Assembly (NCBI RefSeq): GCF_009834535.1
Contig: NC_045704.1
Location: forward strand, 16,616,001 to 16,680,000
DNA length: 64,000 nucleotides
Source of the DNA: Camelus ferus
Lineage: Eukaryota
Reading direction: 5' to 3'
Below, piece by piece: positions 1-11,484 of this stretch (positions within the stretch are counted from its first letter, which is position 1; each line of letters opens with the position of its first letter). The position numbers and the translations under genes were made by a program. The notes below the pieces were generated by a model. The model searched no databases. It had not been told where the DNA came from and saw nothing but the letters and a program-made list of their open reading frames with translations.

Positions 1-690
1 TAGCAGGAAAAGTTCTTGGGGGAGCTAGTCCCTGAGACTGCCAGGAGCAGAAGCCCAGGCCACTTCTCTCTATCACTGTGTTGGTTTCATAGTTTGTCCT
101 CTGCTCAGTGTAGCTCTATTCTAAGCCTTTTGCTCAAAAAGCCTCTGTTCCAACCATTTGCAAACACACAGTGATGATTTTAAAATACATCTGCAAATTC
201 TTTGAGACCAAGAAGGGCGGGTCTGTATCGCCTCTCCTTGAAACCAGATGGACTTTCTGCGACCATTTCAACCAGTGAAGCGTGGCAGAAGTGACATCGT
301 GTGATTCCCACGGCTAGGTCATAAGAGGCCATGCAGCTGCCACCTTGCTTGCTGAAATACTTGTTCTTGAAGTCTTCCGCTGCCATGTAAAGATGGCGGC
401 AGCTACGCTGTGAGGAAGCCCAGTCTAACCAATGTGGAGAGAGCACATGGAAAGGCCCAGAGCCTACATGGATGAGATGCTTAGCAAGCCCCTGGCTGCT
501 CTCAACCCTGTAGCTCCAGCGCCAGCCGCTCTCTGACTGCAGCCACATGAGAGACTCAAAACTTTCCTGCAGTTGTGTTCTGAATTTCCCACCTACAGAA
601 ACCGTAAGAGTTAATAATACGATTCTTGTTGTTTTAAGCCACTACGGGTGAGAGTGATTGGTTAAATAGCAATAGATAACCAGAACCGAC
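1..690 (-). mobile_element. MLT1-type MaLR LTR
   Basis: Characteristic ttgttgttttaagccact / gcaatagataac end and gctgtgaggaagcccag core. Confidence 0.7.
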
Positions 691-769
691 ATGCAAATAA
701 ACCTCAACACATTTGTGCAGGTGGGAGCGAGGCCAGCCATGCAAATAACCTCTGGAAAGGAACTCTTAT

Positions 770-913
770 ATCCAGACCATGTCCCATGGAGGGTGAGACA
801 CAGAGTCTGGTTCCCAGTGCAGTTCATGATGGAAAGGGAGTCACATGGGGCCAACTTATCCCCAGAATAATAGTGACACTTCACCCCATTGGGCTGGGCT
901 TTGGGTCCTGCCT
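770..913 (-). pseudogene. LU gene exon 4, (E)AGPKAQPNGVKCHYYSGDKLAPCDSLSIMNCTGNQTLCLTLHGTWSG
   Basis: Acceptor cccactcccaccag, in phase with exon 3. PNGxxC start of a second LU domain. The 3' boundary is inferred (ataagag, probably a mutated gtaagag). Confidence 0.8.
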
Positions 914-1539
914 CTGGTGGGAGTGGGTATAGTCAGGGTGAGACGGGGCTGAGGTCCACCCACCTCTCAGCCCTCCTTCCCCCACCAGCCCTCTGGACCT
1001 GCTGCCTCCACCCACACCCCCCGGGGCACTTTCCTCCAAAGTGGGACCAGCCTAGTCTCAGCCACCTCTTTCCAGCCCTTGAAGACTTTTTCCAAGGAGC
1101 AGTGAACAGCACCTCTAGGTGGGGTTGGTCCTAAATTGCTCCTCTGTCCTAAACAAACCTTCAGGCTGAATCCTAAATGTTCTTTAATTAATTCCACAAA
1201 GATTTCTCGAGGACCTACTGTGTGCCAGGTTCTGTCCTGGAGATGCAACACTGACCACACAGGCAAAAGCCCTCCCTCAAAGACCCCGGCCTCCAAAAGT
1301 GATGAAAAAGTGAGGCTGGTGTTTCAGGTTTTAAGATGTTGTGGTGTTCTGCAAAAGAGTAGGACCGTGGCTTGCAGGTTCTCCACCATCTGATTAATTT
1401 GCAGAGTTTTCTTAGAAACCTGAAACACTTAAGAGGAAGCTGTCTAAGCATATTTTTCCTGAGTCAAAACTAAACCATGAATCGTTTTAATGGAGGTTTG
1501 TATGGAAACACTGGCAGATACAGAAAAGCAGATGAGAGA

Positions 1540-1850
1540 ACTGCGCTGGCTGACACGTGACTAGTGTCTCCACGTGGCTACTGAGCACCTAAAATGTGGC
1601 TGGTTCCCTTTGGGATGTGCTGTGAGTATAAAACACACCCTAGATTTCAGAGGCTTCATTTGAAAAAAGAAAGTACAATATCTCATTAGTAATTTCATAT
1701 TGATTATCTCCCTGTTGAAATAATATTTTAGATTTGTTGCTTTAAATAAGCTCTATTATTAAAATAAATGTCATCCATTTCTTTGTGCTTTTGAATGTGG
1801 CTACTCAAAAAGCTTTCATTCCCTGTATGGCTCACATTATGTCTCTGTGG
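1540..1850 (+). mobile_element. hAT-Charlie MER33-like element
   Basis: atgtggctactgagcac...gatgtgctgtgagtataaaacacacc...tggctcacattat resembles MER33 as recalled. Confidence 0.65.
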
Positions 1851-1855
1851 TAGCA

Positions 1856-1991
1856 GGGAGGGTGTAGCTCAGTGGTAGCGTGCAGTGCTTAGCATGCGCA
1901 GGGTCCTGGGTTCAATCCCCAGTACCTCCATTAAAAATAATAATAATAATTAATAAATAAACCTAATTACCCTCAAAAAATACTAAAAAAA
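1856..1991 (+). mobile_element. tRNA-Ala-derived camelid SINE (Vic-1-like)
   Basis: gggagggtgtagctcagtggtag...gggttcaatccccagtacctcca with A/B boxes and an AT-rich tail aaataaacctaattacc. Confidence 0.85.
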
Positions 1992-2752
1992 GTTTCTACG
2001 GAGAGCACAGCTGTGATCAAAGTATTCCTAGGTGGTCCCTTCAACCTTTCCTTGCACATAGGAGTTTTGTTTGAAGCAGTTATGATCATAACTGGCATTT
2101 TATGTACAGAATAGCATGCCCGCCTCTCCACCTGCCCCTGGCTATTTTATTTGGTTGATGCGGACAGTTTAAGAGAAGGGAAATCCCAGGGGTTTAGAAG
2201 GAAGGCTAGGAGCCCCGAGTGTGGAAAGGCCTCATTCTCCCCACTGCTACACCTGTCAAATAGATACAAATGCCTTCTTTGGAAAAAGAACCCGGCAGCC
2301 AAAAACCTGATCTTTATCACCACTCAGAGCCAGGTCTAGAGTGAGGCCGGTGAGGAGGGGCTCACTGTCCAGGTGGAGCAAATGCAGCGTCAGCACCTGA
2401 AAGCGAGCACCTCCCCTCACCCGGGATCTGGGCCCGTCCCCGCGCATGACATTTCTCGTTCTGCTTGGCTAACCTTCAGGGCAGCCCCTCTCCTAAGGAG
2501 AAAATAAGAGTCTGGGGCCTCTGCGCAGCCCCCCACCCCCACCCCGAGCTCTCAACAAGCACAGCTACCGTTTCTCAAGTGCCGACAGCTTTGTGCTGGA
2601 GGCACCCCCTGCCAAAGTTATTTCACACCCATTTTCCAGAGGAGAAAATGAAGGCTGTCTTTGCCTCAAGCAGCCAGGCAGAGCTGGCAACCAGGGCCAG
2701 GTTCCCGTGACACCCCACCCGGGTGTGTGACCCCCAGGCCCCGCTGACAGAC

Positions 2753-2901
2753 CTTGTTGGGCAGCCCTGCTGCCGTTGTTTGATTCACAGCAGGCTGTGC
2801 TGACCCGGAGACCAAGTCGGGGCTGTAGGTCAGGGCATAGACACCTTCTCAGCATTCCCTAGGGGCCACGCAGGGCCCGTGCTTGATGAGAGTCCCATTT
2901 G
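2753..2901 (-). pseudogene. LU gene exon 3, NGTLIKHGPCVAPREC*EGVYALTYSP/frameshift/GLRVSTACCESNNGSRAAQQ
   Basis: Acceptor ttctatcatcag, donor AAG|gtctgt, 149 bp, TGA at 2849-2851, degenerate CCxxxxCN motif. Confidence 0.85.
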
Positions 2902-3159
2902 CTGATGATAGAATTTAAGGAGAGGTTACAGACCCCTCCAACACCGCCCCCCCAGACCTCTGCCCACTCTGTAGCAAATCCCGGAGGTCAACCTGGGACC
3001 TCAGCTGGTGTGGACACCACCCCTCCCCGCTGCCACTCCCTGCGGTACTGAGCTGTGCTACCAGGCAAAGTTGGGAACCTCCAGGCCCAGGGCGGCCCGT
3101 CCATGCCTCTCCCCTCCAACCCCCTGCCCACGCACTTTGTCCATCCTCTCTGCCCCCAC

Positions 3160-3261
3160 CCAGCTGCAGCTGGCTAAACAGGCAGGAGTCCTGGGCCGGA
3201 GGACAGGTTCTCTCAGTGCAGTTTCCCAGCCAAGGGCAGACTGGATACATCTTGGAGGTCC
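3160..3261 (-). pseudogene. LU gene exon 2, TSKMYPVCPWLGNCTERTCPPAQDSCLFSQLQL
   Basis: Acceptor ctctctccccgcag, donor G|gtgggg, 102 bp phase 1-1. LU Cys spacing, with the first Cys replaced by Tyr (TAT). Confidence 0.85.
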
Positions 3262-3322
3262 CTGCGGGGAGAGAGGTGTGCTCAGACCTTGCAATTTGAG
3301 AAAGAGAACAAACACATACACT

Positions 3323-3324
<2 letters not shown>

Positions 3325-3378
<54 letters not shown>
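3325..3378. repeat. (CA)n microsatellite in LU gene intron 1
   Basis: Long ca dinucleotide run. Confidence 0.95.
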
Positions 3379-3379
<1 letters not shown>

Positions 3380-4338
3380 ATGATTCAAGAATAGATCTAA
3401 AGACTGAGGGTGGGAGGGGAGGGATGTGTGGAGAGCATTAAGAATGACTTTCCCCGCGGTGTGTGAATGGCATTCCAGGTGGGTGGAACAGTGTGGGCAA
3501 AGGTCTGGAGATGGAATCAGCCTCTCCAAGCTGGAGCTGCTGACAGTCTCCCTAATCTTTTAGGGCTCGCCATGGAACGCCTTCTCTCAACATCTCCCTC
3601 ACAACTGAAGAACAGGATAGATTAAAGTGTTATTTCCCTTCATCATCTGGGCTGAGAAGAGTCCTGTCTGTCCACTAAGCCTTCTTCTTAACCTCCCAGA
3701 GACCCCTGAAGCTTTTCCAAGAACCCTCAAGGCTCCAAGGAGCAGTCTGAAAACTGCTGACCTCATCTCATACCTTCCTTTTATAGATAAGGAAACTGAA
3801 GCCAGATGGACTTGGCATCTCACCCAAGATCACACAGTGAGACCCTGGCTAGGATCCTGTGATTCCCAGCCTGAGCCAAAGGTGGTAGAATTAGCACCAA
3901 CGGGGAGACAGGCAGGCCAAGGAAAGGAATAATAAGTTATTAATAAGAGCTCACCTTCAGACAAGGCTACATACCACCTGATACTACTCTAAGCTCTTAA
4001 AAAACTCCTCAAATGTATTGATTCAATGAATGCCCCCCATGGTCCCCAGATGCCAGGTCATTATCATCCTCATTTCACAGATGGGGAAACTAAAGCCCAG
4101 AGAGGTTAAGTGGCTTGCTCAAGGTCACAGAGCTAAGAAGGGGGCAGAGCCAGGATTACAACCCAGGCAGCTGGGCTTCAGAACTATGCTCTCAAACACT
4201 CCCGCCACTTGCCTCTGCTGGACGAACAGCCGAGTGTAGAAGGAGCCGGGGCTCAGACTCTGAAGCCAGAATCCCACCACCCGCTTGATTTTGAGCCAAC
4301 CCTCCCCCTCTCTGAGGGATCACACACAATGCACCTAC

Positions 4339-4393
4339 CTTCTGGGGCTGCCAGAGCGCCCAGGAGCGCCAGGGGAGGGAGGAGCCAGAGCAT
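4339..4393 (-). pseudogene. LU gene exon 1, signal peptide MLWLLPPLALLGALAAPE(G)
   Basis: ATG at 4393, hydrophobic leader, 55 bp, donor G|gtaggt. Confidence 0.85.
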
Positions 4394-4437
4394 GATCTAG
4401 ACCGCAGAGGAGGAAGCCAGACCCAGGTGCCCTGGCC

Positions 4438-4491
4438 TTTTATTCAAGGGCCTTGGCTGGGGTGGCAGTCCTGGACGTGGGAAAGCAAATA
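4438..4491 (-). promoter_or_regulatory. Putative core promoter of the LU gene
   Basis: TATA-like AATAAAA 45-51 nt upstream of the ATG; forkhead-like TATTTGCTT at 4483-4491. Confidence 0.45.
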
Positions 4492-5053
4492 GGCTGAGGA
4501 AATAGTGGCCCCACCTGTGACCCTGGCCACTGAGATACCAGGCAGGGGAGAAGGGGTGTTAGGGAGCAGGGAGATGGGGAAACTGAGTCCCAAGGGGCAC
4601 GTGGGACAAGACCGAAACTACATAGTGGAGAAGGGTGATGGGCATGTTGTTGTTGTTATTATTATTAATAGCTTTGGGTCCCTACCTTTGAAGGGTAACT
4701 CAGGGGATATCCTTTCCCCTGTTTGGGGCCTCAGTGTGTTCAGCCACTAAACTGGCAAACCCCAGGGCCTCCCATAAGCGCTCGACAAGTGTTGGCTATG
4801 TCACAGCTGGGGGGATTTTTACTAGTGATGCTCAAGCTTCAAGGAAACCACACACCCATCCAGAGAGGGGTGAGCACTTTGAAGCCAGAAAGCCTGGATT
4901 CAGGTTCCACTTCTGCTGCTTCAAGATGGGTGGTCTTGGAGAAATCACTCATCTGAGCGTCAGCTTTCTTGTTTTTCCAATAGAGCAGCTAGGAGGACCT
5001 ACATCAAAGGGCTGCTGTGGGGGTAAAATGAGCTGAATTATGCAGAGTGCTGA

Positions 5054-5188
5054 NNNNNNNNNNNNNNNNNNNNNNNNNNNNNNNNNNNNNNNNNNNNNNN
5101 NNNNNNNNNNNNNNNNNNNNNNNNNNNNNNNNNNNNNNNNNNNNNNNNNNNNNNNNNNNNNNNNNNNNNNNNNNNNNNNNNNNNNNNN
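5054..5188. other. N gap (135 N)
   Basis: Run of N. Confidence 0.99.
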
Positions 5189-6183
5189 GCAAGGCTGGAA
5201 TTGGCCTCTCCCCTTGGCTCAGAGGAGAGGTCTCAACTAAGAGAAAAGACCAGTCCAAGGGCACTCCGCAGGCTTGTCAGGCTTCCCAAACGCTGGGGCA
5301 GGTCCCTCAATCAGGGTGTGTAGTCAAGGAGCAATCTTTGAAAGGTGCCGGTCCTAAGGGAGAGAGACAGGAACCCGGAGGCAGCTCTTCTTGATGGGGT
5401 GCTGAGGCAGGGGCAAGTTTGGGGAGGAAGCCCACCTCCTTCCCAGGTGAATCCCGAGTGCCTTGGTTTAGGCAGTGGGAAGAAGGGAGAACAGTCCCCA
5501 GGGAGGCTGGAGTAGGGGAGGAAGGAGTGGCGCCTGGTGTTTTGGAGGCTTTGTGACCAGAAGCCAGTCTCCGCAAAAGTTAGCTGATAACTCGGTCTGG
5601 GTAAACAGGCCACAAGCTGCACAAATATGAGGATTTTGGAGTGAAGAGCGTGAAGGGCAGGGAGGCAGAGAAGGGACATTTTCCTGCCCTTAATTTGAAA
5701 CCTGGAGGTGAGGGGATATCAGAAGAGTTCTTTAATTAATGCGCTTCCAAACAAATAAGGGCTGGGCATCCCCTCCCCAGCCACCTTTTACCTACAAACA
5801 GCGGTATGTCATACACTGTTCTGCCCTTGGATTTTTCCACCTGACCATCGTGTAATCTGAATTATACAATTTCCTCTTTCTTTTTCCCATTGGATAAAAG
5901 TCCCTCTTGTACAGCCAGGTATTTTCCTATGGCTCAGTATTACAATCTCCGTTGCAGTGAAGAACATGTGTACCAAGTTTCCAGAAGAGGTGAGTGGTTT
6001 TGCAACATCAAAAGAATTTTCTACTTTTGTAATTTTGAGAGCGATTGCAAAATGACCATCAGTGGGGTTGTAACAATTTACACTCTCACCAGCTGCATGT
6101 GGGAGTGTCTATTTCCACCCGGCTTCTCCAACTCTGTGCATCATCTGACTCTTTTAGTTTTGCCAGTCTGTAGGTGAAAGGGC

Positions 6184-6624
6184 GTGGTAAGATGCTAGTG
6201 GCCATGAATTCTGTGCATCCCCTTCCATCAAGAGCTGAATCTCTTTCCTTCTCCTCAACTGTGAGCCAGCCTTGGAGCTCTCTTCGACCAATAGAATGTG
6301 GCAGAAATAATGTTGTGTGAGTTCTGAGCCTCAGCCTAAGGGGAACTTGCAGCTTCTGTTATCACTTTCTTGCTCCTGAGAACCTATTTTGCCACTATGT
6401 GAACAAGCTTACCTCCCGGAGGATGGGAAGGGCTCTGGGCACCCCCGCCACTCCAGCCGATGACCTACAAGTGAAGCCATCCAAGACTAACCAGGCCTCG
6501 CTGAGCCAGCCTGGACCAAGATGGGCCCAGCCAACCCACACAATCTTAAGGCATAAGGCATAATTTTTGTTGTTTCAAGCCGCTAAATTTTGGGGGTGGT
6601 GTAACAGCAAAAGCCAGCTAATGC
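6184..6624 (+). mobile_element. MLT1-type LTR
   Basis: tgtggtaag start, gaccaatagaatgtggcagaa core, ttgttgtttcaagccgctaaattttgggg end. Confidence 0.7.
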
Positions 6625-6645
6625 AAAAGGTATTTTAGTGTCAAA

Positions 6646-6733
6646 TTTTTTTTTTAAATGGAAGCACTGGGGATTGAACCTAGGACTTTGTGCATACTAA
6701 GCAGGTGCTTTACCACTGAGCTATACCTTCCCC
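6646..6733 (-). mobile_element. tRNA-Ala-derived camelid SINE
   Basis: Reverse complement of the 1856 element core with a poly-T tail. Confidence 0.8.
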
Positions 6734-7038
6734 CCTTTCCAGTTTCATTTCTATAAGAGCCATTGTGCTTCCCATTTTTCCTAATTTTTCTATTAGTTCA
6801 TTGAATCTGTATTCATTTTCAGTGGCTGCCACAGCAAAGTACCACCAAGGCGGGGGTAGGGGGAGCTTAAAACAACAGAAATATATTGTCTCACGATCTG
6901 GAGGCTGGAAGTCCAAAGTCAAGGTGTTGGCAGGACTGTGCTCTCTCTGAAACACAGGGATCCTCTCTGGCCCCTTACGAGCTTCTGGTGATTCTCTGGC
7001 TGCCTTGGGCTGGCAGCTCATAACTCCAACCTCTGCTT

Positions 7039-7176
7039 NNNNNNNNNNNNNNNNNNNNNNNNNNNNNNNNNNNNNNNNNNNNNNNNNNNNNNNNNNNNNN
7101 NNNNNNNNNNNNNNNNNNNNNNNNNNNNNNNNNNNNNNNNNNNNNNNNNNNNNNNNNNNNNNNNNNNNNNNNNNNN
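7039..7176. other. N gap (138 N) inside an MLT1 LTR (about 6815-7225)
   Basis: Run of N flanked by MLT1-like sequence. Confidence 0.95.
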
Positions 7177-7899
7177 TTTCCAAATAAGGTCACTTTCTGA
7201 GTACTTGGAGTTATGACTTCAACATCTTTCTTTCCTTCTTTCTTTCTTTCTTTTTTCCTTCCTTCCTTCCTTCGCTCCTTTCCTGGCAGGGGTGGGGGGG
7301 GGTGGGCACACATTTTAACCCCTAATAGGAGCTCTTTACCCATTAGCAGCATTGGCCCCTGGATTGCAATGGTTATTTCTGCTATGGCAGCTAAGCAGTG
7401 GAACTTGAACTGCAACGTGCTGGAGGCAGGAGAACCTTTCTTTTCTGCACAAACTCAGCACATTTTTTTCCCTCTAGATTCCCTCTTCTTCCCAGGTCAC
7501 CCCAACCCCATGAAGCCAGTGGGAAGCATGGCAAAGAGGACTGGTGGAGGACGGGATGGAAAGAGGCTGGGGGCTTCTAACTCCTGGTTCTTGTCTGCCT
7601 GGGGCAGCGACACTCAGCATGGTGGTTATGATCGCGGGCGGCAGAGCCAGACTGCTTGGGTCCAAATCCTGACTCTATACTTACAAGTCATTATAGGCAA
7701 GTGGCTTAACCTCCTGTATTCGTTTGCTATTGTTGCTATGATAAATTACCACCAGCTTAGCGTCTAAAGCCACAAAAAATGTATTCTCTTACAGCACCGG
7801 AGGTCAGAAATCTGAAATGATTTAAAGGGCCAAAATCAAGGGGTTGACAGAGCCCTCCCTCCGGAGGCTGTAGGGGAACAATGGTCTTCTTACCTTTTG

Positions 7900-7970
7900 T
7901 CAGTAGAGCTCATGCTTAGCATGTATGAGGTCCCAGGTTCAATCCCCAGTATCTCCATTTAAAAAAGAAA
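7900..7970 (+). mobile_element. 5'-truncated tRNA-Ala SINE
   Basis: tgcttagcatgtatgaggtcccaggttcaatccccagtatctcca plus A tail. Confidence 0.75.
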
Positions 7971-7974
7971 CAGA

Positions 7975-8052
7975 TAAGCAACAAGTTCCTACAATATAGG
8001 ACAAGGAGTTTTATTCAATATCTTGTAATAAGTTATAATGAAAAAGAATATG

Positions 8053-8105
<53 letters not shown>

Positions 8106-8200
8106 CTGAATCACTTTGCTGTACACCAGAAACTAACACGAGGTTGTAAATCAACTATACTTCAATTTTAAAAATTGGTTAAATAAAAAATAAATAAAGT
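7975..8200 (+). mobile_element. L1 3' end containing a (TA)n run
   Basis: tgaatcactttgctgtacaccagaaactaac...gtaaatcaactatacttcaat. Confidence 0.75.
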
Positions 8201-11200
8201 TCCCCCTTCAGGTCTCAGTTTCTCTGTCTGGAAAGTGGAGGAAGAAGGGTGTGGACTTCAGGGGTTTCCTGGCTCTGCCAATCCCGAGGGTGATTCCTCT
8301 TCTGTGCCCCCGCTTTTACAGAGGAAAGCTGAGGCCCCAAGCGGAGATGCCCCCCATTTAGGAGGTGATCAGGCCAGGATGGGAAAGCTCATGAGTGTTG
8401 CCTGTCAGGCCTCCTGGAGTTAGGGAGGCAATGGCCACAGACCTGCCCCCACAATCAGCCCAGGACAGAGATGGTCACTTCCTCAGGCAGGTGGCAAGAG
8501 GCTGAGGGGCTCTCAGATGAGCCTGCATGCGCATAGTATCTGTCAGTCTCTGTCTTTGCTTTTCTTTCTTTGAAGGCAAGTGGAGGTCATTCTCCATAAC
8601 TCCATCTGTCAATCTCTCTCTCTCTCTCTCTGTCTCTCTGTCCTTCTATTTCTTGCTGTCTCTGTCTTCAGCTCTCAGTTGCTGTTTTCTCAGTCTCTGT
8701 CTCTGTCTCTGTCCCTCTCAGATGTCCCCTATCTGTCCGTCTTTGGCCTCTTACTCTCTCACTGTCTCTCCTTTCCTGTCTCCCTCTGTCTGTGTCTCTG
8801 TTTCTCTTGATCTCTCTCCCTCTTTGTCTCTACACGAGAGTCTCCTCTCCTCAGCCCCGGGAAGCCCCCAAAACCTGGGGGCCTCCCTGGGGACCCAGCA
8901 GACAGGTAGGAGCCAGGTGAGGCCCAGGTGAGTCACGAGGAGGAGGGACGTTCCTGCCGCTTTTCTGGGATGAAGCACGGCCCAGCCTCCTGCCTGCGCC
9001 CTCCTGTAACACGTCACTGGGCCTCACAAGTGTGTGTCACTTGTGTGTGTGAGAGAGAACGAGTCAGAGAGAGACACGGACAGAGAGACAGAAAGAGACG
9101 GAAAGAAGAAACAAAGATACAGAGATAGAGGGACAGAGAGGGAGTGGGACAGAGTCAGAACGAGAGACAGGGATGGAGAGAGACAAAGCAAGACAGAGAC
9201 AAAGAAAAAGATCAAAACAGAGAGGGAAAAAAGACAGACAGACACAGACAGGGAGACAGATGGACGGATTTCGGGAGACCAGAGCAGCCTGGGTAGAGAT
9301 GGGAGGGCTCCCAGACAGAGCTCTCATTCTCCCAACCAGGAAGGAAATTGCGGCCCAGAGCAGTGAGGTCATCCTGCCCGGAAGTGGTTAGTGCCAGACC
9401 ACGCAGCTCTGTGTGTCTCCAGACCTGAACTTACCTTCCACTGAGAGACGCCACCACCCACCCCAGACCCATTTCATAGCTGGAAAAAGGCAGGATCCAG
9501 GGATTGAAGCCACCCGCCCAAGGCCCCCCACGAGCAAGTGGGTGAGCTGAGTCTCAAACCCACCTGGACCAACACCCCATCTTTCTATCCCCCCACCTCA
9601 TATGCATTAATATCCCCTTCAGTCTTCATGCCAGTCCCGGGAGGGGTCCCATTTTCCACATGAGGAAACTGAAGCTCGAGAAGGAGGGTATCTGTTGATC
9701 TAGGGTGATCCAGCTAGGGGGTCAGCATGACAACCGCCATCCTCAGACTATGACTTCTCACCTCCCTGCTCATCCCCCAGAGAGGAACTGCAGGGCCAGA
9801 GTCTAGAGTCAGGCGTAACAACAATAGTGACGATGATTTTTTAAATTGAGCACGTACTATGTGGCAGGTGCCTCTTTTATGTCCCTAGCCCAACAGCCCT
9901 GGGAGGGAGGTACTGAGCTTTCCTTTCCAGATAATGGACTTGAGGCACAGAGAGGTTAAGTAACCTGCCCAAGGCCACACAGCTAATGAGCAGCTGAAAT
10001 TTGAACCCTCACAGTCTGGTCCCAACCCCCACACTCTTAACCACTAAGCTATACTGCCTCTTAGAAGAGAGAATTTCTTTGGGATTTTTCTCACTTTATC
10101 TTAAAATGATTACCTTAAGGCTCTGATGAATTAGTAAGAATCACAATTGTATAATCATTACCATAGTGTAGACAGAGCTACTGTTTATTCACTGCCTACC
10201 ACTGTGTCCCTCCTGATTCTGTTGCAGTCACACTGGCCTCTCTGCTGTCCCTAGATCTCATCAGGTCCACTCCCACGTCAGGGCCTTGGTACTGGCTATT
10301 TCCTCTCCCTAGAACTCTCCCTGGACCATCTGTCCGACTTCTTCCCTCACTACATTCAGTCTCTGCTCAAATGCCACCTCTTCAGGAAAGCCCTCCTGGA
10401 TCACTTGGCTTAAAACCAACCTCGCCTCACTTGTACCCTTGCAGTAACTTCAATCTGGTTTGTTTTTCTGCATTTTACTTATCACTGCCTGACAGCGATA
10501 GATTAGACAACGGGTATTTACTCCCTACTGTCACAGTCACAAGGACAGGGATTTTGTTTCCTGCTGTGTTCCCAGCTCCTGGACCTGTGCCTGGCAGGTC
10601 CTCGGTAAATGTTGAAAGAATCTGTTGAGCCTTGCATATGGGCCAGTGACTGTTTCAGGCATTTAATTCAACTGCACTAAATTGCTCTGACTGGTTAGAA
10701 GCATCTTGAGAGGGATAGACTATTTTATTGTTTGCACTTCATTTTCCTTTTTAAAAAACTTATTCTGAATCTTTACAAACACAGAGGAGACAGGTAAGTT
10801 ACTTTGATAAAATTGATACAGATATTTTGCTATTTTGCCTTTCTTTTTTCCTAAAGTGTTTTAAGGGAAAGGCAGACATCAATGACATTCAACCTCTAAA
10901 TATTTCAGTGAGCATCTGTAAAAAATAAGAAAAATTTCCCCGCATAACCACAAAACCATCATAACAGCAATACCTACTTTTTGGCTAAAGTGTTTTAAGG
11001 TAAACTGGAGCCATTATATTATTTCATCCCCAAATATTTCAGCGTCTAAAGGATAAAGACATTTTCCTACACAACCACAATACCATTATCCCTCCTAACG
11101 AAACTAACGAAAGCCCTATATGATCTAATAATCAGTCACAAATTTCCAGTGGGGAAGAGTTTTAATCCGAGGGCTGAGGTCCCTTGCCCATAGCAGGAAG

Positions 11201-11249
11201 AGAGAACAGAAAATTTGCACCCAGGCAGTCTATGACAGAGGTGACCACG

Positions 11250-11410
11250 GCCAACATGAGTCAGAGAGGAGCCGCCCCCCCCCCCCCCCCGACTCCAGGC
11301 TGGCCGCACCCTGAGAAGGAAGTTTTTGAGGAAGGAGGGAGGGTGCATGATAAACCACGCATCTGGGGCTGACTCGTTCTTTCGCAAAATTTCTGGGAGG
11401 AGCCCTCAGG
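11250..11410 (+). promoter_or_regulatory. PLAUR: PLAUR proximal promoter
   Basis: TATA-less. AP-1 TGAGTCA 11257-11263, C-rich tract, AP-1-like TGACTCG 11370-11376, GGGAGGAGCC near 11395. Same arrangement as I recall for the human promoter. Confidence 0.75.
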
Positions 11411-11484
11411 GCCACAAAACTGTCTCCTTCGTGGGGCCAGACTGAGAGGTGCAGGGAGACCACGGAGAGGAGCAGCCGCCGGAC

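Larger units (their letters stand above)
770..4393 (-). pseudogene. Two-domain Ly6/uPAR (LU) gene, PINLYP/gamma-PLA2-inhibitor-like architecture, probably a unitary pseudogene; last exon(s) lie left of the window
   Basis: Four phase-1 exons splice into signal peptide + LU1 + first half of LU2. Lesions: TGA in exon 3, 1-bp deficit (149 bp), three Cys lost, non-canonical exon 4 donor. Confidence 0.85.

Noticed and set aside
642-884. 80-aa ORF treated as a standalone gene
   Set aside because: It is exon 4 of the LU pseudogene plus intron read-through, and its start is GTG.
1856-1930. tRNA-Ala-like sequence (and six similar copies)
   Set aside because: Mismatched stems, extra 5' bases, AT-rich tails and TSDs identify these as SINEs, not tRNA genes.
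2256-2447. Minus-strand ORF with a plausible acceptor inside the LU gene intron 3
   Set aside because: No LU cysteine pattern in any open frame; exons 3 and 4 already join in phase without it.
8527-9391. Several ORFs in CT/GA tracts
   Set aside because: Simple-repeat translations.
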